A DNA stretch of 64,000 nucleotides from Selaginella moellendorffii (Eukaryota > Plantae > Lycopodiophyta). Shown here piece by piece: positions 9,142 through 21,335 of the stretch. The notes beneath the pieces were generated by a model that worked only from the letters and a program-made list of their open reading frames with translations, was not told where the DNA came from and ran no database searches. Positions within the stretch are counted from its first letter, which is position 1; each line of letters starts with the position of its first letter. The stretch lies in NCBI RefSeq assembly GCF_000143415.4, contig NW_003314289.1:628292-692291 (forward strand), read 5' to 3'. A program made the translations under genes and the position numbers.

Positions 9142-12100
9142 TCTTTCTTTCGGGAGTATCATCAAGGGGTTCACTCGGCACCGGTTCATCCAGTGTTTAC
9201 TTTCCAAGCTCGTTTTTATAACAAGAGGTCTCCTATTCTTCTCTCCGTGTTGGTTGATACAGGTTTGAGTTTATCTTCTATTGCTCGACCTGTTGCCACA
9301 CGTTGTCGTCTACACTTGCGTCATGCGGCAGATCCAGTTTTCATTCTTTATGGCAACGGCCGTACACATGCATGTGCACGAGATGAGGCGGACCTGGTTG
9401 TGCGTGTGGGCGATCTCGAGCTTGAGTTGCAGTCGTTGCGGGTGGTGCCGAGTCAAGCTTTTGACCTCATTCTTGGTATGGATTGGTTGCAGCACAATCA
9501 TGCCAAGTGTGACTTTGAGGCTTTTCCCCCTTGTCTCATACTTCCTTATGTTTCATCCATTCCTCTCACTTCTGTACCTCTTCGTCCCTCTACTTCTACC
9601 TCTGCTTCCATTACTTTTGTTCCCCCATTATTTCCTCTTGTGTTTCCATCTTGTTCTGCTCTTCCCTTTTCCGATCCCTCCGATGATCTTTGTGTTGCAG
9701 CTGTTGACCAGTTCATGAAGGAGTATTCTGATCTCTTTGAATTTGACCTATCGTCTGGGGCCAAGATTGCCACACATCATCCCATTCCAACCGGGGATGC
9801 TCGTCCAATCAAGGTTCCTGTTCGTCGTCGGTCACCCAAGGAGATCAAGATTTTACGTGCAAACGTCAAGGAGATGTTGGAGAAGGGTGTTATTCGGAAG
9901 TCGCAGAGTCCTTGGGCATGTGAACCTCATCTTATGACGAAGCCTGATGGGAGTATTCGTTTCTGCATCGACTATCGTCCGTTAAATGAAGTGACGATCC
10001 CGGACGTGTACCCTCTTCCTCACACTGCTGATCTCTTGGATTGTCTAGGGCGAAGTCGTTGGTTCACCAAGCTAGATCTTGCTTCTGGGTATTGGCAAGT
10101 ACCGATGGTTGAAGACGATATTCCTAAGACTGCTTTTCGTACACCATTTGGTTTGTACGAGTTTTTGGTGATGCCGTTTGGTTTGAACAATGCTCCAGCA
10201 ACTTTTCAGCGAATGATGGACGAGGTTCTTTGCGATATGCCGGAGGTGACGGCTGACTTCATTGATGATGTCTTGATCCACTCGGAGGGGACGTGGGAGG
10301 AGCATGTTCGTGATGTTTGTAAAGTGTTGGATCGGCTACGCGACGTTGGTTTAAAGCTGAAGTGGTCGAAGTGCGTGTTTGGGTCCAAGGACACAACTTA
10401 TCTTGGGTACCGTATTTCTCGTGAGGGTTTGCAAGTTGATCCTGACAAACTTGTGGCTGTTCTAAAGTTCCCTACTCCGAAGTGTGTGAATGATGTGCAG
10501 CGCTTTTTGGGTAAGGTGCAGTATCTCGGTCCTTTTGTGGATCATCTTTCCGATCGCACTTTACCATTGCGAGCGTTGCTGAAGTCATCAACGTCATCTT
10601 TCATCTGGTCTCCCGATTGTGAGCGGGCATTCGTGAATCTCAAAGAGCTATTGACGACTCCTCTGGTTTTGGCATATCCTGACTACACTCGACCTTTTAT
10701 TTTGCGCGTGGATGCTTCTGACATTGGTCTTGGAGGTGTGTTGATGCAAGAGAGCTCGAGTGTGCCTGGTCAGCGCCATCCCATTGCATACATAAGCCGT
10801 ACATTACAACCAGCGGAGATGAACTACTCCACGACAGAGAAGGAGTGTTTAGCAGCAGTCTGGGGTTTCGAGAAACTTCATGCCTATCTACATGGTTCTC
10901 GGACGTTACTTGAAGGTGACCATGCTGCTGTTACTTCATTATTGAAGCGGAAGAACCTGGTTGGTCGTACGGCTCGATGGGCTTTGAAGCTTCAGATATA
11001 TGATTTCGATGTTGTTCATCGCCTAGGGAGTTCTATGGCTGATGCTGATGCCCTTTCTCGAGCTCCTCTTCCTTCTCCACTCACTTCTCATGTTTCTGAC
11101 GAACCTATTGTTCCAGCATCTGTGGATTTTCTAGATGAGGATTCTGTGCCGTCGGCGGTTGCTGTCCTTGACGTTCAGTGTCCACAGGGCGTAAAGCAAG
11201 ATCTACCTTCTCTGGATGAGGTTCGCGAGGCTCAAAAGATTGAGCCGTGGATTCAAAGGCTTCGAGATGGGTTTGAGAATCCTGCATCACTTGCTGATGA
11301 CTTGCCTTTTCGGCATTTACATTCTCAATATCGCCTTGAAGATGGCCTTCTTTATTTTGTGGGGACGGATCCTGATGCTCATTTACGGCTGGTGGTGCCT
11401 TCGGTGTTTATTCCGCGGTTTCTCCATGCCTACCATGATTCTCCTATTCTAGGTGGGCATATGGGACACCGTCGTGTCACCGAGAAGTTGCGTAGATCTT
11501 TCTATTGGCCAGAGATGCGACGTGATATTATCCGGTATGTGCGTAGCTGCGTTTGGTGCCAAGCTCGTAATACTCCCCCTTGTGCTGCGGAAGGACGGTT
11601 GGAGTCAATTGCAGTTTCTCGTCCGTTTGAGTTGGTGGCGTTTGATCTTATGGGACCTTTTCCGCGATCGACTGCTGGCAATGAGTATGTTATTATTGCT
11701 TCTGACTACTTGACTCGTTGGGTGGAAGTTGGTGCTCTTGCTAGTGCCTCTGCAACTGCTGTTGGATACTTCCTCCTCAATCGAGTGGTGTTCCAGCATT
11801 CTTGTCTAGAACGGATTCTTTCGGATAATGGTCCTGCATTTATGGCTGAGGTATTTCATGTTTTGACATCTCGGTTGGGGATACGCCACACTTTTACGAG
11901 TGCTTATCATCCACAATCAGACGGTCTGGTGGAACGGCTCGTTCGGACATTCAAAGGGATGATTGCGAAGTATGTGAACTTTCAACATTCGGATTGGGAT
12001 GGTTATTTGCCGTCTCTTCGGTATGCTTATGTCACAGGGGTGCAGAGTTCTGTTGGTGCTTCACCATATAAACTTCTATATGGTCATGATCCAATATTAC

Positions 12101-12423
12101 CAACAGAGCTAGGTTTACCTTCGCGATTGCCACGAGCTCCTGATGCTAGGTCATGGGATCAATATTTGACAAGCATTCTTCCACTTGTCCGAGCAGAGTC
12201 TGCTGAACACTTAGGCCGCGTACAAGTGGGACAACAACGGCGCTACAATTCCCATCATCGTCCACCAGCGGAGTACAAAGTGGATGATTTGGTGTTAGTC
12301 CGTTTTCCCCATCTTACGGTACGTGGTTTATCTAAGGGGCTCCTTGCGCAGTGGAAAGGACCGTATCGGGTGTTGCGGCAAGTTGGACCACAAGTTTATG
12401 AGGTTCGGCATGACGTTCAGTAG
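9079..12423 (+). CDS. pol: Pol (PR-RT-RNaseH-IN) in the -1 frame relative to gag, with a premature TAG at 12421 inside the GPY/F module (frame continues to TAA at 12561)
   Basis: PR LVDTG and LILGMDWL. RT RFCIDYRPLN, MPFGLNNAPATFQR and FIDDVLI. RH VDASDIGLGGVL and EKECLA. IN HDSPILGGHMG, CVWCQ, ILSDNG, HPQSDGLVER and WKGPYRV. Confidence 0.95.
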   Translation, partial: GKRGVARVMEGPCANKLVTPPSFFREYHQGVHSAPVHPVFTFQARFYNKRSPILLSVLVDTGLSLSSIARPVATRCRLHLRHAADPVFILYGNGRTHACARDEADLVVRVGDLELELQSLRVVPSQAFDLILGMDWLQHNHAKCDFEAFPPCLILPYVSSIPLTSVPLRPSTSTSASITFVPPLFPLVFPSCSALPFSDPSDDLCVAAVDQFMKEYSDLFEFDLSSGAKIATHHPIPTGDARPIKVPVRRRSPKEIKILRANVKEMLEKGVIRKSQSPWACEPHLMTKPDGSIRFCIDYRPLNEVTIPDVYPLPHTADLLDCLGRSRWFTKLDLASGYWQVPMVEDDIPKTAFRTPFGLYEFLVMPFGLNNAPATFQRMMDEVLCDMPEVTADFIDDVLIHSEGTWEEHVRDVCKVLDRLRDVGLKLKWSKCVFGSKDTTYLGYRISREGLQVDPDKLVAVLKFPTPKCVNDVQRFLGKVQYLGPFVDHLSDRTLPLRALLKSSTSSFIWSPDCERAFVNLKELLTTPLVLAYPDYTRPFILRVDASDIGLGGVLMQESSSVPGQRHPIAYISRTLQPAEMNYSTTEKECLAAVWGFEKLHAYLHGSRTLLEGDHAAVTSLLKRKNLVGRTARWALKLQIYDFDVVHRLGSSMADADALSRAPLPSPLTSHVSDEPIVPASVDFLDEDSVPSAVAVLDVQCPQGVKQDLPSLDEVREAQKIEPWIQRLRDGFENPASLADDLPFRHLHSQYRLEDGLLYFVGTDPDAHLRLVVPSVFIPRFLHAYHDSPILGGHMGHRRVTEKLRRSFYWPEMRRDIIRYVRSCVWCQARNTPPCAAEGRLESIAVSRPFELVAFDLMGPFPRSTAGNEYVIIASDYLTRWVEVGALASASATAVGYFLLNRVVFQHSCLERILSDNGPAFMAEVFHVLTSRLGIRHTFTSAYHPQSDGLVERLVRTFKGMIAKYVNFQHSDWDGYLPSLRYAYVTGVQSSVGASPYKLLYGHDPILPTELGLPSRLPRAPDARSWDQYLTSILPLVRAESAEHLGRVQVGQQRRYNSHHRPPAEYKVDDLVLVRFPHLTVRGLSKGLLAQWKGPYRVLRQVGPQVYEVRHDVQ

Positions 12424-12599
12424 GCTGATCCTCTGGAGATTGTGCATGTGCAGCGGTTAAAACGCTTCATACAGAGGGATCAGGAGCAGTTAATACCGTC
12501 TACAGATCCACCGATGCCTCCTCCTGACGTTCCTCCAGATCCCGGCCCATCTACAAGATAACCCTGATGGCCTTCCATTATTCCGAGAGGAGGAGATGA

Positions 12600-12773
12600 T
12601 GTGAGGGCCAAGTGTACGGCTACGATGCCGTATACTAATATTAGCGTAGTGGATTTTGGTAGCCGTCGGATTGGTTTCAATCCGGACCACTCGCTCCTGT
12701 ATATAAGCTAGGGTTTTTGGGTTAATTGATATGCACATTTCTGTATTCCCTTTCCATATTCCATGCACTCACA
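12600..12773 (+). repeat. 3' LTR (174 bp) of the 7764-12773 element
   Basis: Direct repeat of 7764-7937, preceded by the PPT. Confidence 0.97.
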
Positions 12774-14650
12774 CTATGTGTTTTCTAGCTTTTAAATATC
12801 AAGTTTATCAGAATTTAAAAATTATTAAATTTGAAATAAGATTCTTTTACAAGGCTATATAATTGCTGATGTAAGTTTGTTGCATAAAAAAGAAAGACTT
12901 GGTTCTTATTTAAAATATATTCTTAAGGGATTTGTCATAATATAGTGTCTAGAATTTATGGAATTTCACTTGCACTTTCATTCAAAAATAGAGAAATATG
13001 CAAAAATAATTATGGGTTCTAGTATTGGTAATTTTAACTCTTGCAATCTTTTTTCTTAGAATAGTAATTCAAAGGCTAATAGCTACAATAGCTATTCTAT
13101 TACACAACACAATTAAACCACACAAAAGATAGAAAGAGAGGATAGTAAAGATAATAATCACAAGTTGGAGATAAACTAGAAAGGATGGTAAAGATAATAA
13201 TCGAGTTGGAAATAAACACAATGACAAATGGTGAAATAAATTAGATGTAAAAAAATGGCATCCTATTTATTTTAGAACCTGTGATTTTTAAGAAATGCCT
13301 TATATATTTTTTAGTTTCCAATGGAAACAATAGCAATGATTAGTATAACGATATATATGCTCTTGTGACATATTGCAACATTATGCCTTTGAAAGATTAC
13401 CATAAAATATTTTTTAAGATGGTAAACACAGAAATAGAGACATATAAGTATTATAGGAAATATTGTGAAAAGAACACTTGTAAAATGAAATATATATTTT
13501 TTTATTAATTATTTAAATTATAATAAGTTTATATTATTAATAGAGGATAAACAATGATAGTCTTAGCAAACTTAATTAACTCTAAAAGTTATTTGCAATT
13601 CAGCAATAGTAAAGCTTATCTAGTGTATATAAATATCCATTTTAAGATCTTAATGTAAGATGTTGATGAAGATGTAGTATATATACTTGTAAGGAATATA
13701 CATTTTCCTATTCCTCATACTTGATAAAGTCTTGATATGTGCAAGAACAAATTTTCTAAATGGCAGTTGTGTATTCTCCACTTTCTATTTTAACTATATA
13801 CTCTTTTATAAGCATAGTGGTATACTTTATGGAGAGAATTGCACATTCAAGTGTTTGAGCCAAATTTATACTTCTGCTTAGAGATGGTACTAATAAATAT
13901 AATTACCTTACCTTTTCTTGTTGGCCTCTTATACATTTCTATGGGAATAGTGCTAGTTTTGTTGTTTATGTCTTTAACTCTCCTCCTTTCAAGATTGAAA
14001 TTAAATTTCTTAAGGGTTTCAATCTCATCCAATATGACATCTTATTAGCAATTGGACATTCTTTAGATATTGCATTAAAGTGTCTTCAAACCATTTCATA
14101 TAGTTAGTATTAGTATTGTAACAATATAACTAGCACCATCTTGAAAATCCTGCTTGCTTTCATTCCCTATGGAAATATAGGGGTAGAATAGAAGCAAATT
14201 TGTCAACATAGATTTAGACCTAGAATTTGCCCCTCAAAAGCATCTTCACGCACTTTATATTAGATTTTATTGGCATTTGGCAAATTGCTTATTACTTTGG
14301 CTCCATATTATAGTAAACAACTTTAACTTGTTGTGATGCACTTTCTTCATTAGACACTTGAGGTTGTTTAGTTTAAGGGTGGTGTCTTGGAGTAGAATGG
14401 TACTCAATATCAATCTTATGAAAGCTTTTTGGTCCAAGTGTTATGCTAACATCTTCACCAATTAAAAAAAAATGACACTTTCTTTATATCACTAATAGAA
14501 GCATGGGGAGTAAACTCTATAAATATGGAACAAACCACTTCCTCAATTGTAGTTGCCACTATTCAGGCTAGTGAAGTCACTTTCCTCTTCATTTGATTGT
14601 GTAATATATCCATAAAAAGCTTTATTCCCACATATCTTCTTTATTCCCAT

Positions 14651-17600
14651 ATCAAGGTGTGGTTAATGAATGACCATTCATGGACAAATAACTTAGTTTT
14701 TGAGAGATAGGACTGTGATGCAAGTGGTCTTGGACTACCGATGTGATAAGGGTGAATGGGTATGGCCTTACTATAACAGACTAATATGTTAGTAGTACTT
14801 TTGAATGTCAGTTATGGGATTAGACATGTGGAGCACTTTGACCAAGTGCAAAGGCTGAGTGGCATAGATGCCATTCACAAGGCTAGTATGTTTCCAAGTT
14901 GGGAATAAGATTTATGGAGTTCGTGAGTGAGACTCTTTCAAGTGGTCAAAGGTGTGGTTAAGTGGCTCAAGTAGAATGGAAAATTTACTCTCTTAAAATT
15001 TAGTATCGGAGCTATTCCTTAGTTTAACTTTTATTGGTGGTCAAATATATCACCATTTGATATTAGCATTAGAAGGTCTCAGGAGTGGGTCTTCCTTGAG
15101 AGTAGCATGTCAAAAGGGCATGACTTTCCACTTTTAGTACATATGTGGACAAATTGGCAATGTGGTGGATAGAAAGTTGTTAATAAAAGAACAACTTTAG
15201 GATCTTAGGAATAGTATAAAATTTTCCTTAGAGTTGAGGATGTGATCCATAAAAGCATTTAACTTAGCAAACCAGATAATGTGATTGTGGGAAAAAATTA
15301 TAGTTGGGATCATAAGAATTATGGAAACTCTTAGACAATAAATGAGTCATAAAATTATCCTCATATAATTGAGGATGGTGCTTAAGAATTTGAAATTGGA
15401 GTTAATGACTATAGGAGGTGAGAACACAAGTCTTTGAAATGGTACTTAAAATTACCTTTAATAAATATTGGAACAACCCAAGGAGTTAAGGGTGTACTTA
15501 GAGGATGAGTTAGTATTCTCATCATATGGATAAATAATTCTAAAGGGCAAAGGCAGCCCATATGAAACAAAAAATGATTAAGTGTTAGAGTAATATTTGC
15601 AAAGATGGCCCTTGTAAGTAAGACATGAATATAAGAAGTTGTATTCCAGCGAGCTGACACCTCAAAAATAAGATATTATGGGTTGTCGAATTAACAAAGT
15701 TCAAAAGCTGAATGATTTAAATGGAGTCTTGGAATAGTCTTAAAGGATTGGTGGAAGCATTTGAGTTGAGGTGTGTTGTACTCTACAAAGGACGGGGAGA
15801 ATCATAAGATCCAAATATGAGAATAATGGGTATCTCATTGATGGCAGAATGTGCCATAATAAAGTCATAGGAAAGGTATTCTCAGAAGAAAGCAACTTTG
15901 GCACAAAGTTGTGTATGAATAATATAATGCAATACTAACTGATAGTTGACATGAGAAACAATTGCTTTGGTCTTAGCAAAAACCTAGACACAAGTGAAAA
16001 GTGTCATGAGAGTAGGTTTATAGAGCTAATAGGGTGGAAACCCCAAGTGTTTCAAGGGATAAGGCCTTGAAGTCAAGTTGGTTGATTTATGAGAACCCTT
16101 TGCTAAAGGAATTCCAATGGAAACAAGATTAGCATAGCGTAAGCTGAAGGGCATGTGATTTGAGTGTGTGGACCTAAATAATAATAGAGGTGTGGAAGCA
16201 CTAACAATGAGTTGTAGGACTTGATGACTATGAGGTAACTAAGTAAAATATGTGGCATAAATTATTGAATTGGTGGAAGTTAACTTCTTAAGACTTTTTA
16301 TTGGGATAAGAAGGAAGATAAATATATCCCTTGAGGGATAAATTGCTTATGTTATGATATAGTGAGTCAAGGTCGTAAACGAAAATGCTCATTGTCAAAA
16401 AAGTCCATCATTGGGACATCAAAACACCCAAAAAGTGGTGTTTAGTATCATGAGAGCATTAAATAAAGCATCTAATATCCAAAGTTGCAAAAAGCTAAAG
16501 ACGAGAGAAATTCATCTATCTAAAATTGGATAAAACCAAAAAGGATTTTGGCTAGGTTAGTGATAGACACACAAAGGCTCATAAGTAGCAACATTAATCC
16601 CAATATATAGGATTATAAAGTGAGCATATCCAAATTGAAGAACCACTTTTTAGGCTATTGGGTAAATTTATCCCTAAGAATACAAAGCATGGTAAAAAGT
16701 GCAAAGCTATTTTTCTAGCATAGAGGAAGAATAACTAAAGGGAAAGGTTGAAGCAAATAATGAAAGAATAGAATTGAATTATAGTTATGCAAGTTGGGAG
16801 TAGAGAATTAAATGGGTGCTTAAAGGTTTTGCTACTAGCAACTGTAGGGCCATGAAAAGTCCAAAACATGGAATTGATTATGTTAGACCATATAATAGTT
16901 AGAAAGGTTGCAGAAAGAGAAGCCTTAACAAGGTAAAGGATAGGGTCCCTTCAAAATTCCCAAAGATAATTTTAGGTAAGTTAGTACTTAGAAAGACAAG
17001 TGTAAATGGTTCGTAAGAACACACAAATTAAAGTAGCATAGCAAAAGCATTGCCATAAGATGAGGCTATCAAGGTTAAGGAATTAGTTCTGGAGTGTTCA
17101 AAAAGATGGCTTTGAATGAAAGTCGATGATTAAAGACTTTCATGCTTATGTATAAAACTATGTTACACTAGTCGAGTGATTTGCTAAGTGAGATTGGCAA
17201 GTCAAGAGAACAAAAACCTTAATTGAAATTGACTTCAAAAGGGGTAGCCCATGGGACCAAGCATGGAGGAGTCTATACATGATCACAGACTTGTTAAAGG
17301 AGAAGACTTGGCAGTTCAAAGGAATTATGTTTCTAAGCTGTGATCAGTAGTACACTTTGTGTATAAGTTAGTGCACTAGCGTAAAGAGTCATACCAAGCA
17401 TCTTAAGTGATGCCATCCATAAATGCATATACAGAGGTTAGGTTCGAGTCCCAACCCTCTAGTGCTTAGGTTCAAGTCCTAACTCACTAAGGCATAATGA
17501 TGGTTTGGAATATAAGGACACTTATTTTTTGGTGGTCATGAACTTTTAGTAAGAAAAGGCTGGCTTAAGCACATTATAAAGCGGGGGATGCCCCAGAATT

Positions 17601-20471
17601 ATGATGCATGGTTAAGTTGCTTAATGTGAAAGCTTAGCATATTTAACTCAAACACTCTAATGCAAATGACACTAAGGAAGTGGTAAATGAGATGGGGACA
17701 CCCAATCTTAGTTGTTATAGACCATTAGCTAGAAAGGTTGGCTTGGACGCACCACTAAGTGTGGAGGATGCTTATAAGTTAATGGTAAAGAACTTAGAGG
17801 TCTGGAAGACTTAATATTTATTAATAAATTTTTTAAAGTGTCAAGTGAGATCATTAGGTGATCTTATGGTTAAAGAAAGACAAAATCCTTATGAGGTTAA
17901 GGAATAAGGTTCCTAGTTTAAAGTGTTGATTTGAACTATTGGTAATGGTGTGATTTAGCCAAGATGACCAAGTGGGAAAGATACTTAAGGGAAATAAATT
18001 ATATTAATATGGTAAGTCCAAAAAAGTAATCTTTAAGAAAAAACCCATAGAAGGGTCATAAATTGGGTTGTGGATAGAGCCCATACTAGAAATACTAAAG
18101 AGGCTTACTAAGGGTGAACACCCACTAGACTCGGCAAAGCAAAGCATTTGCTATGGAACCAAAAGGATACTTCAAGGATAAAGATGGCGATCCTATATTG
18201 TTTAGTGCAACAATAAAAGGATAGGAGCAAAAGATTAGTGGCCAAGAATGAAAATCATTGAAAAGAATTCAAATGACAAAGTTAGGTGAGGAACACTCAT
18301 ATGTTAGATGTTATCAAATTGTGGTAAAGGAAATATATTTCCAAAGATAGATTCCTAAATACTCTAATTTAGCGAAAATGAAAGTTCCAAAAGAGGGAGT
18401 AGCAAAGTAGTTAAATGATAGAATTGTGGATAACCTTGGCACAAATTATGGATAAGTGGAACTTAGTGCTAAGGGTGGCATAAAATAGAAAAGAGAACAA
18501 TGGTGCCCTCAAATAAAGAACTTCCTAGGATAAAGAAATAGATTTTGCATAACATATGCAATGCAAGGTGTTAAAGATACCTAGGAAATTGACTTTAAAA
18601 AGTCAAAATTAAAAGTTCCAAAGTGTAATGGTTTTGTTGATAGGAGTTGGGACTACTCAGAAATAAAAAGGGGGAGAACCACCACAAGTGGTCGAATAAG
18701 TCTTTAAGTTGGAGAGACTATACTCCTTAGAGGAAGGGAAAGGTATGGTGAGCCTTCAATGTCAAACCATTGACAAATATTGGCTTGATGCTAAGAAAAA
18801 TTAGTAATCTATTATAGGGTCATTTTATGAAATGGTTTATTGTTCAATGAAGACATTGAATTTCGTCTATAATTGGTGGAGTTGTGAGACACAAATCCCT
18901 AAGCCCCAAATTAGAGCTGAAAAGGTGTCATGTGGTAGCAGCCAAAGCAAAAGCCAAACGAGTATAACATGTTTGGATTAAAAGTTTTGACTTGAAAAAT
19001 TGAGAGTGGGAGTGGAAGTTCCAATGAAGTGCTCGAGAAACAAGCATAAAGCAAACAATAAGTGAGTCTCTAGAAAAGGGACATGAGATGGATTCGAGAT
19101 GGAGTCTGATATGGAGTTTGAGATGGACTCGAGATGGATCCAAGATGGAGTCAAAGATGGACCTAAGATGGAGTCCAAGGTCGAGGCTGAGAAAGAAACT
19201 GAGACCAAAACTGAGACTGAGATTGAGTCTGAGTGTAATGCATATGATTATGGGATGAAATTTGGATATACTGTCACCATAGATCCATAAAACCTTTGGG
19301 GATAAAATACCCACTAAGGGTTTTCTTATCAAGCAATTGCCCTTTTTCTAGTTAGCTTAAGGGGAGAGAAATAGGTGCGCTACACTAAGTATGAGACCGA
19401 GTCTGAGGCCAAGTTCAAGTCTAAGTCCAAGTCCGAGCCTAAGTCCAAGTCCAAGTCCAAGTTCGAGTCTAAATCCAAGGGCGAAAGCCCAAAGCAATCC
19501 TCTTCCAAACCCTAGGGGGTTTAGTGAGCTCCAAAAGTATAGTAGGGGGAGGACTCAAGTGGAGCCAGTTTTGCTAGAAAAGGCCAGTGTGATTAAGAAA
19601 AGCTATACTCATGTGTTGGGTGATAATATAACAATTGAGGAGTCCAAAACTAGAGTGAATACAAATAAACAAGCAAGGTAACTTGGTGAAGTGTTCAAAA
19701 GCTAGATCTAGCTCCCCTAAGAGATCAAATGGTTGATGTTCCCAATCCAAGTGTGGGTGGCACTATTTACTTGGATACCTGGCATAGCTCATTGGAACCT
19801 TATTCTAGCCACATGGCTAGGGCATCTAAGGGTAGAAGGTGGGGAGAATACCCACAAAGCTTGTATAGGGCCATGGTATTTCAAAATGTCGTCCCAAAGT
19901 CCTAGATTGTGGAAAGGAAAAGGAGCAATCTTCTGTAATGATCAAAGATACAATCACATAGTGAGGAAGTCCTAAAGGATAATAGGACTTAGTGGTCGAG
20001 CCTTTGGGCTTTGACCCAATGGCAGTGTTGGCAAGCATAGCTGTGGATGTAAAGGGACTTAATGGGGATGGTAAAAAGGACATTGAGGAAGGGTGTTCCC
20101 CATGTCTTTAGGCATTATAAGGGTATTAAAGTGTGGTCAAGGGATGACCACTCATAGATGGATGGCCTAGTCTTTGAGAGACGAGACTGTGATGCAGGTG
20201 GTTTTGGACTATCAATATGACAAAGGTGAATGGGCATGGCCTTAGCATAATGGGCTGATATGTCAGTGGTACCTTTGAGTGTTTGTCATGGGATTAAACA
20301 CATGGAGCACTTAGACCAAGTGCAAAGGCTGAGTGGCATAGATGCCATTCACAGGGCTAGCATGTCCCCAAGTCAAGAATAATAATTATGGAGTGAGTGA
20401 GTGAGACTTTTTCAAGTGGTCAAAGGTTTAGTTAAGTGGCTAAAGTAAAATGGAAAATTTAGTTGCTTACA
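14651..20471 (+). mobile_element. Family B non-coding LTR element, copy B1 (old, 5'-truncated)
   Basis: Partial 5' LTR to about 14997 and decayed Met PBS TAGTATCGGAGC (15001-15012). The internal region is colinear with 23017-27135. 3' LTR 18883-20471 (TGTGAGAC...GCTTACA). Confidence 0.88.
19234..19384. mobile_element. 151-bp solo LTR inserted in the B1 3' LTR microsatellite
   Basis: TGTAATGCA...TGCGCTACA terminal inverted repeats, TSD CTGAG/CTAAG, and absent from the other B LTRs. Confidence 0.75.
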
Positions 20472-20630
20472 AGTGTGAGAGATCGAGTGCGTGAGTGCGA
20501 GAGATCGAATGTGCGAGTGGGAGAGATTGTGTATAGGAGAGTGCAAGAGATCAAGTGCGCAAGTGTGAACACAAGTTGAGATTAAGAGTGAGAGAGTGAA
20601 AACGATCGAGAGTGTGAGAGATCCAGGACA
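20472..20630. repeat. Degenerate ~20-bp minisatellite (GAGTGCGAGAGATCGAGTGC-like)
   Basis: Repeated GAGAGATCGAGTGCG variants. Confidence 0.55.
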
Positions 20631-20721
20631 ATTGAGATATCAAGAAGCCAAACAACAATGCCACCAAAAATGAGTTTCTATTTGATTGCTTCTATGTTTT
20701 TTCTTTTTACTCCTCTTTTAG

Positions 20722-20828
20722 TGAGGTTGAGCTTGGGCCAGCCCGAGGTGGCCAACCCAAGCTCGACCTCAAGCAATTTAGGGGCCTAAGGGGCCTAAGG
20801 GGCCAAGGTTATTTGAATAACCTTGGCC
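20722..20828. repeat. Two adjacent inverted repeats in an unclassified host repeat
   Basis: TGAGGTTGAGCTTGGG / CCCAAGCTCGACCTCA (20722-20737 and 20756-20771), and a 28-bp near-perfect palindrome GGCCAAGGTTATT-TG-AATAACCTTGGCC (20801-20828). Confidence 0.8.
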
Positions 20829-21335
20829 ACAAGCTACTAAAATGCCCAAGGTGGCTGGCTTGAGTTTAACCTCAAGCGTTAGAGGGGGTGAGGTTATTCA
20901 ACCCATAATGCCCTAAGTAAAGCTCACAACCAAAAAAATGGTTGTGAACGTCACAAACTCCAAAAATAAAACTCCAAGAGGTGTAAAAATGTTGAGATAT
21001 CTCCAAAATAAACAAATGTTGTGCTTTTCTGCTGAGAATTTCTGCTATGGTGGTTGGAATCACGTGAAAAGTGACTCAATGTCAGCCTAAGAAGCCAAGT
21101 TTTCCTCCTCATGCAAAATATTTGCAAATATTAAGTGCAAGATGGGAGAAAAACTCTTAAAAACAATAATTACACTCAAACATGGATGAAAGTTAGTGAA
21201 GAATAGCAAGATCTCATGGAATTAGGCACCAAAGTGGATGATTCAATACAGAAATAAGAGATCATAAAGAGATCTATAATCTTGATGCAAGAAATTACAA
21301 AAAAGGTAAAAACTTTGTGCGGTAGAGAAGCATGC

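Larger units (their letters stand above)
7764..12773 (+). mobile_element. Near-intact Ty3/gypsy LTR retrotransposon without a chromodomain
   Basis: 174-bp TG..CA LTRs (7764-7937, 12600-12773) differ by 4 transitions. 4-bp TSD CTAT (7760-7763 and 12774-12777). PBS at 7939, PPT GAGAGGAGGAGATGA at 12585-12599. Domain order gag, PR-RT-RH-IN. Confidence 0.97.

Noticed and set aside
13640-14650. Possible decayed transposase or viral ORF on the minus strand in AT-rich DNA
   Set aside because: Only broken, unrecognisable peptide fragments. It needs a tBLASTx/HMM search.
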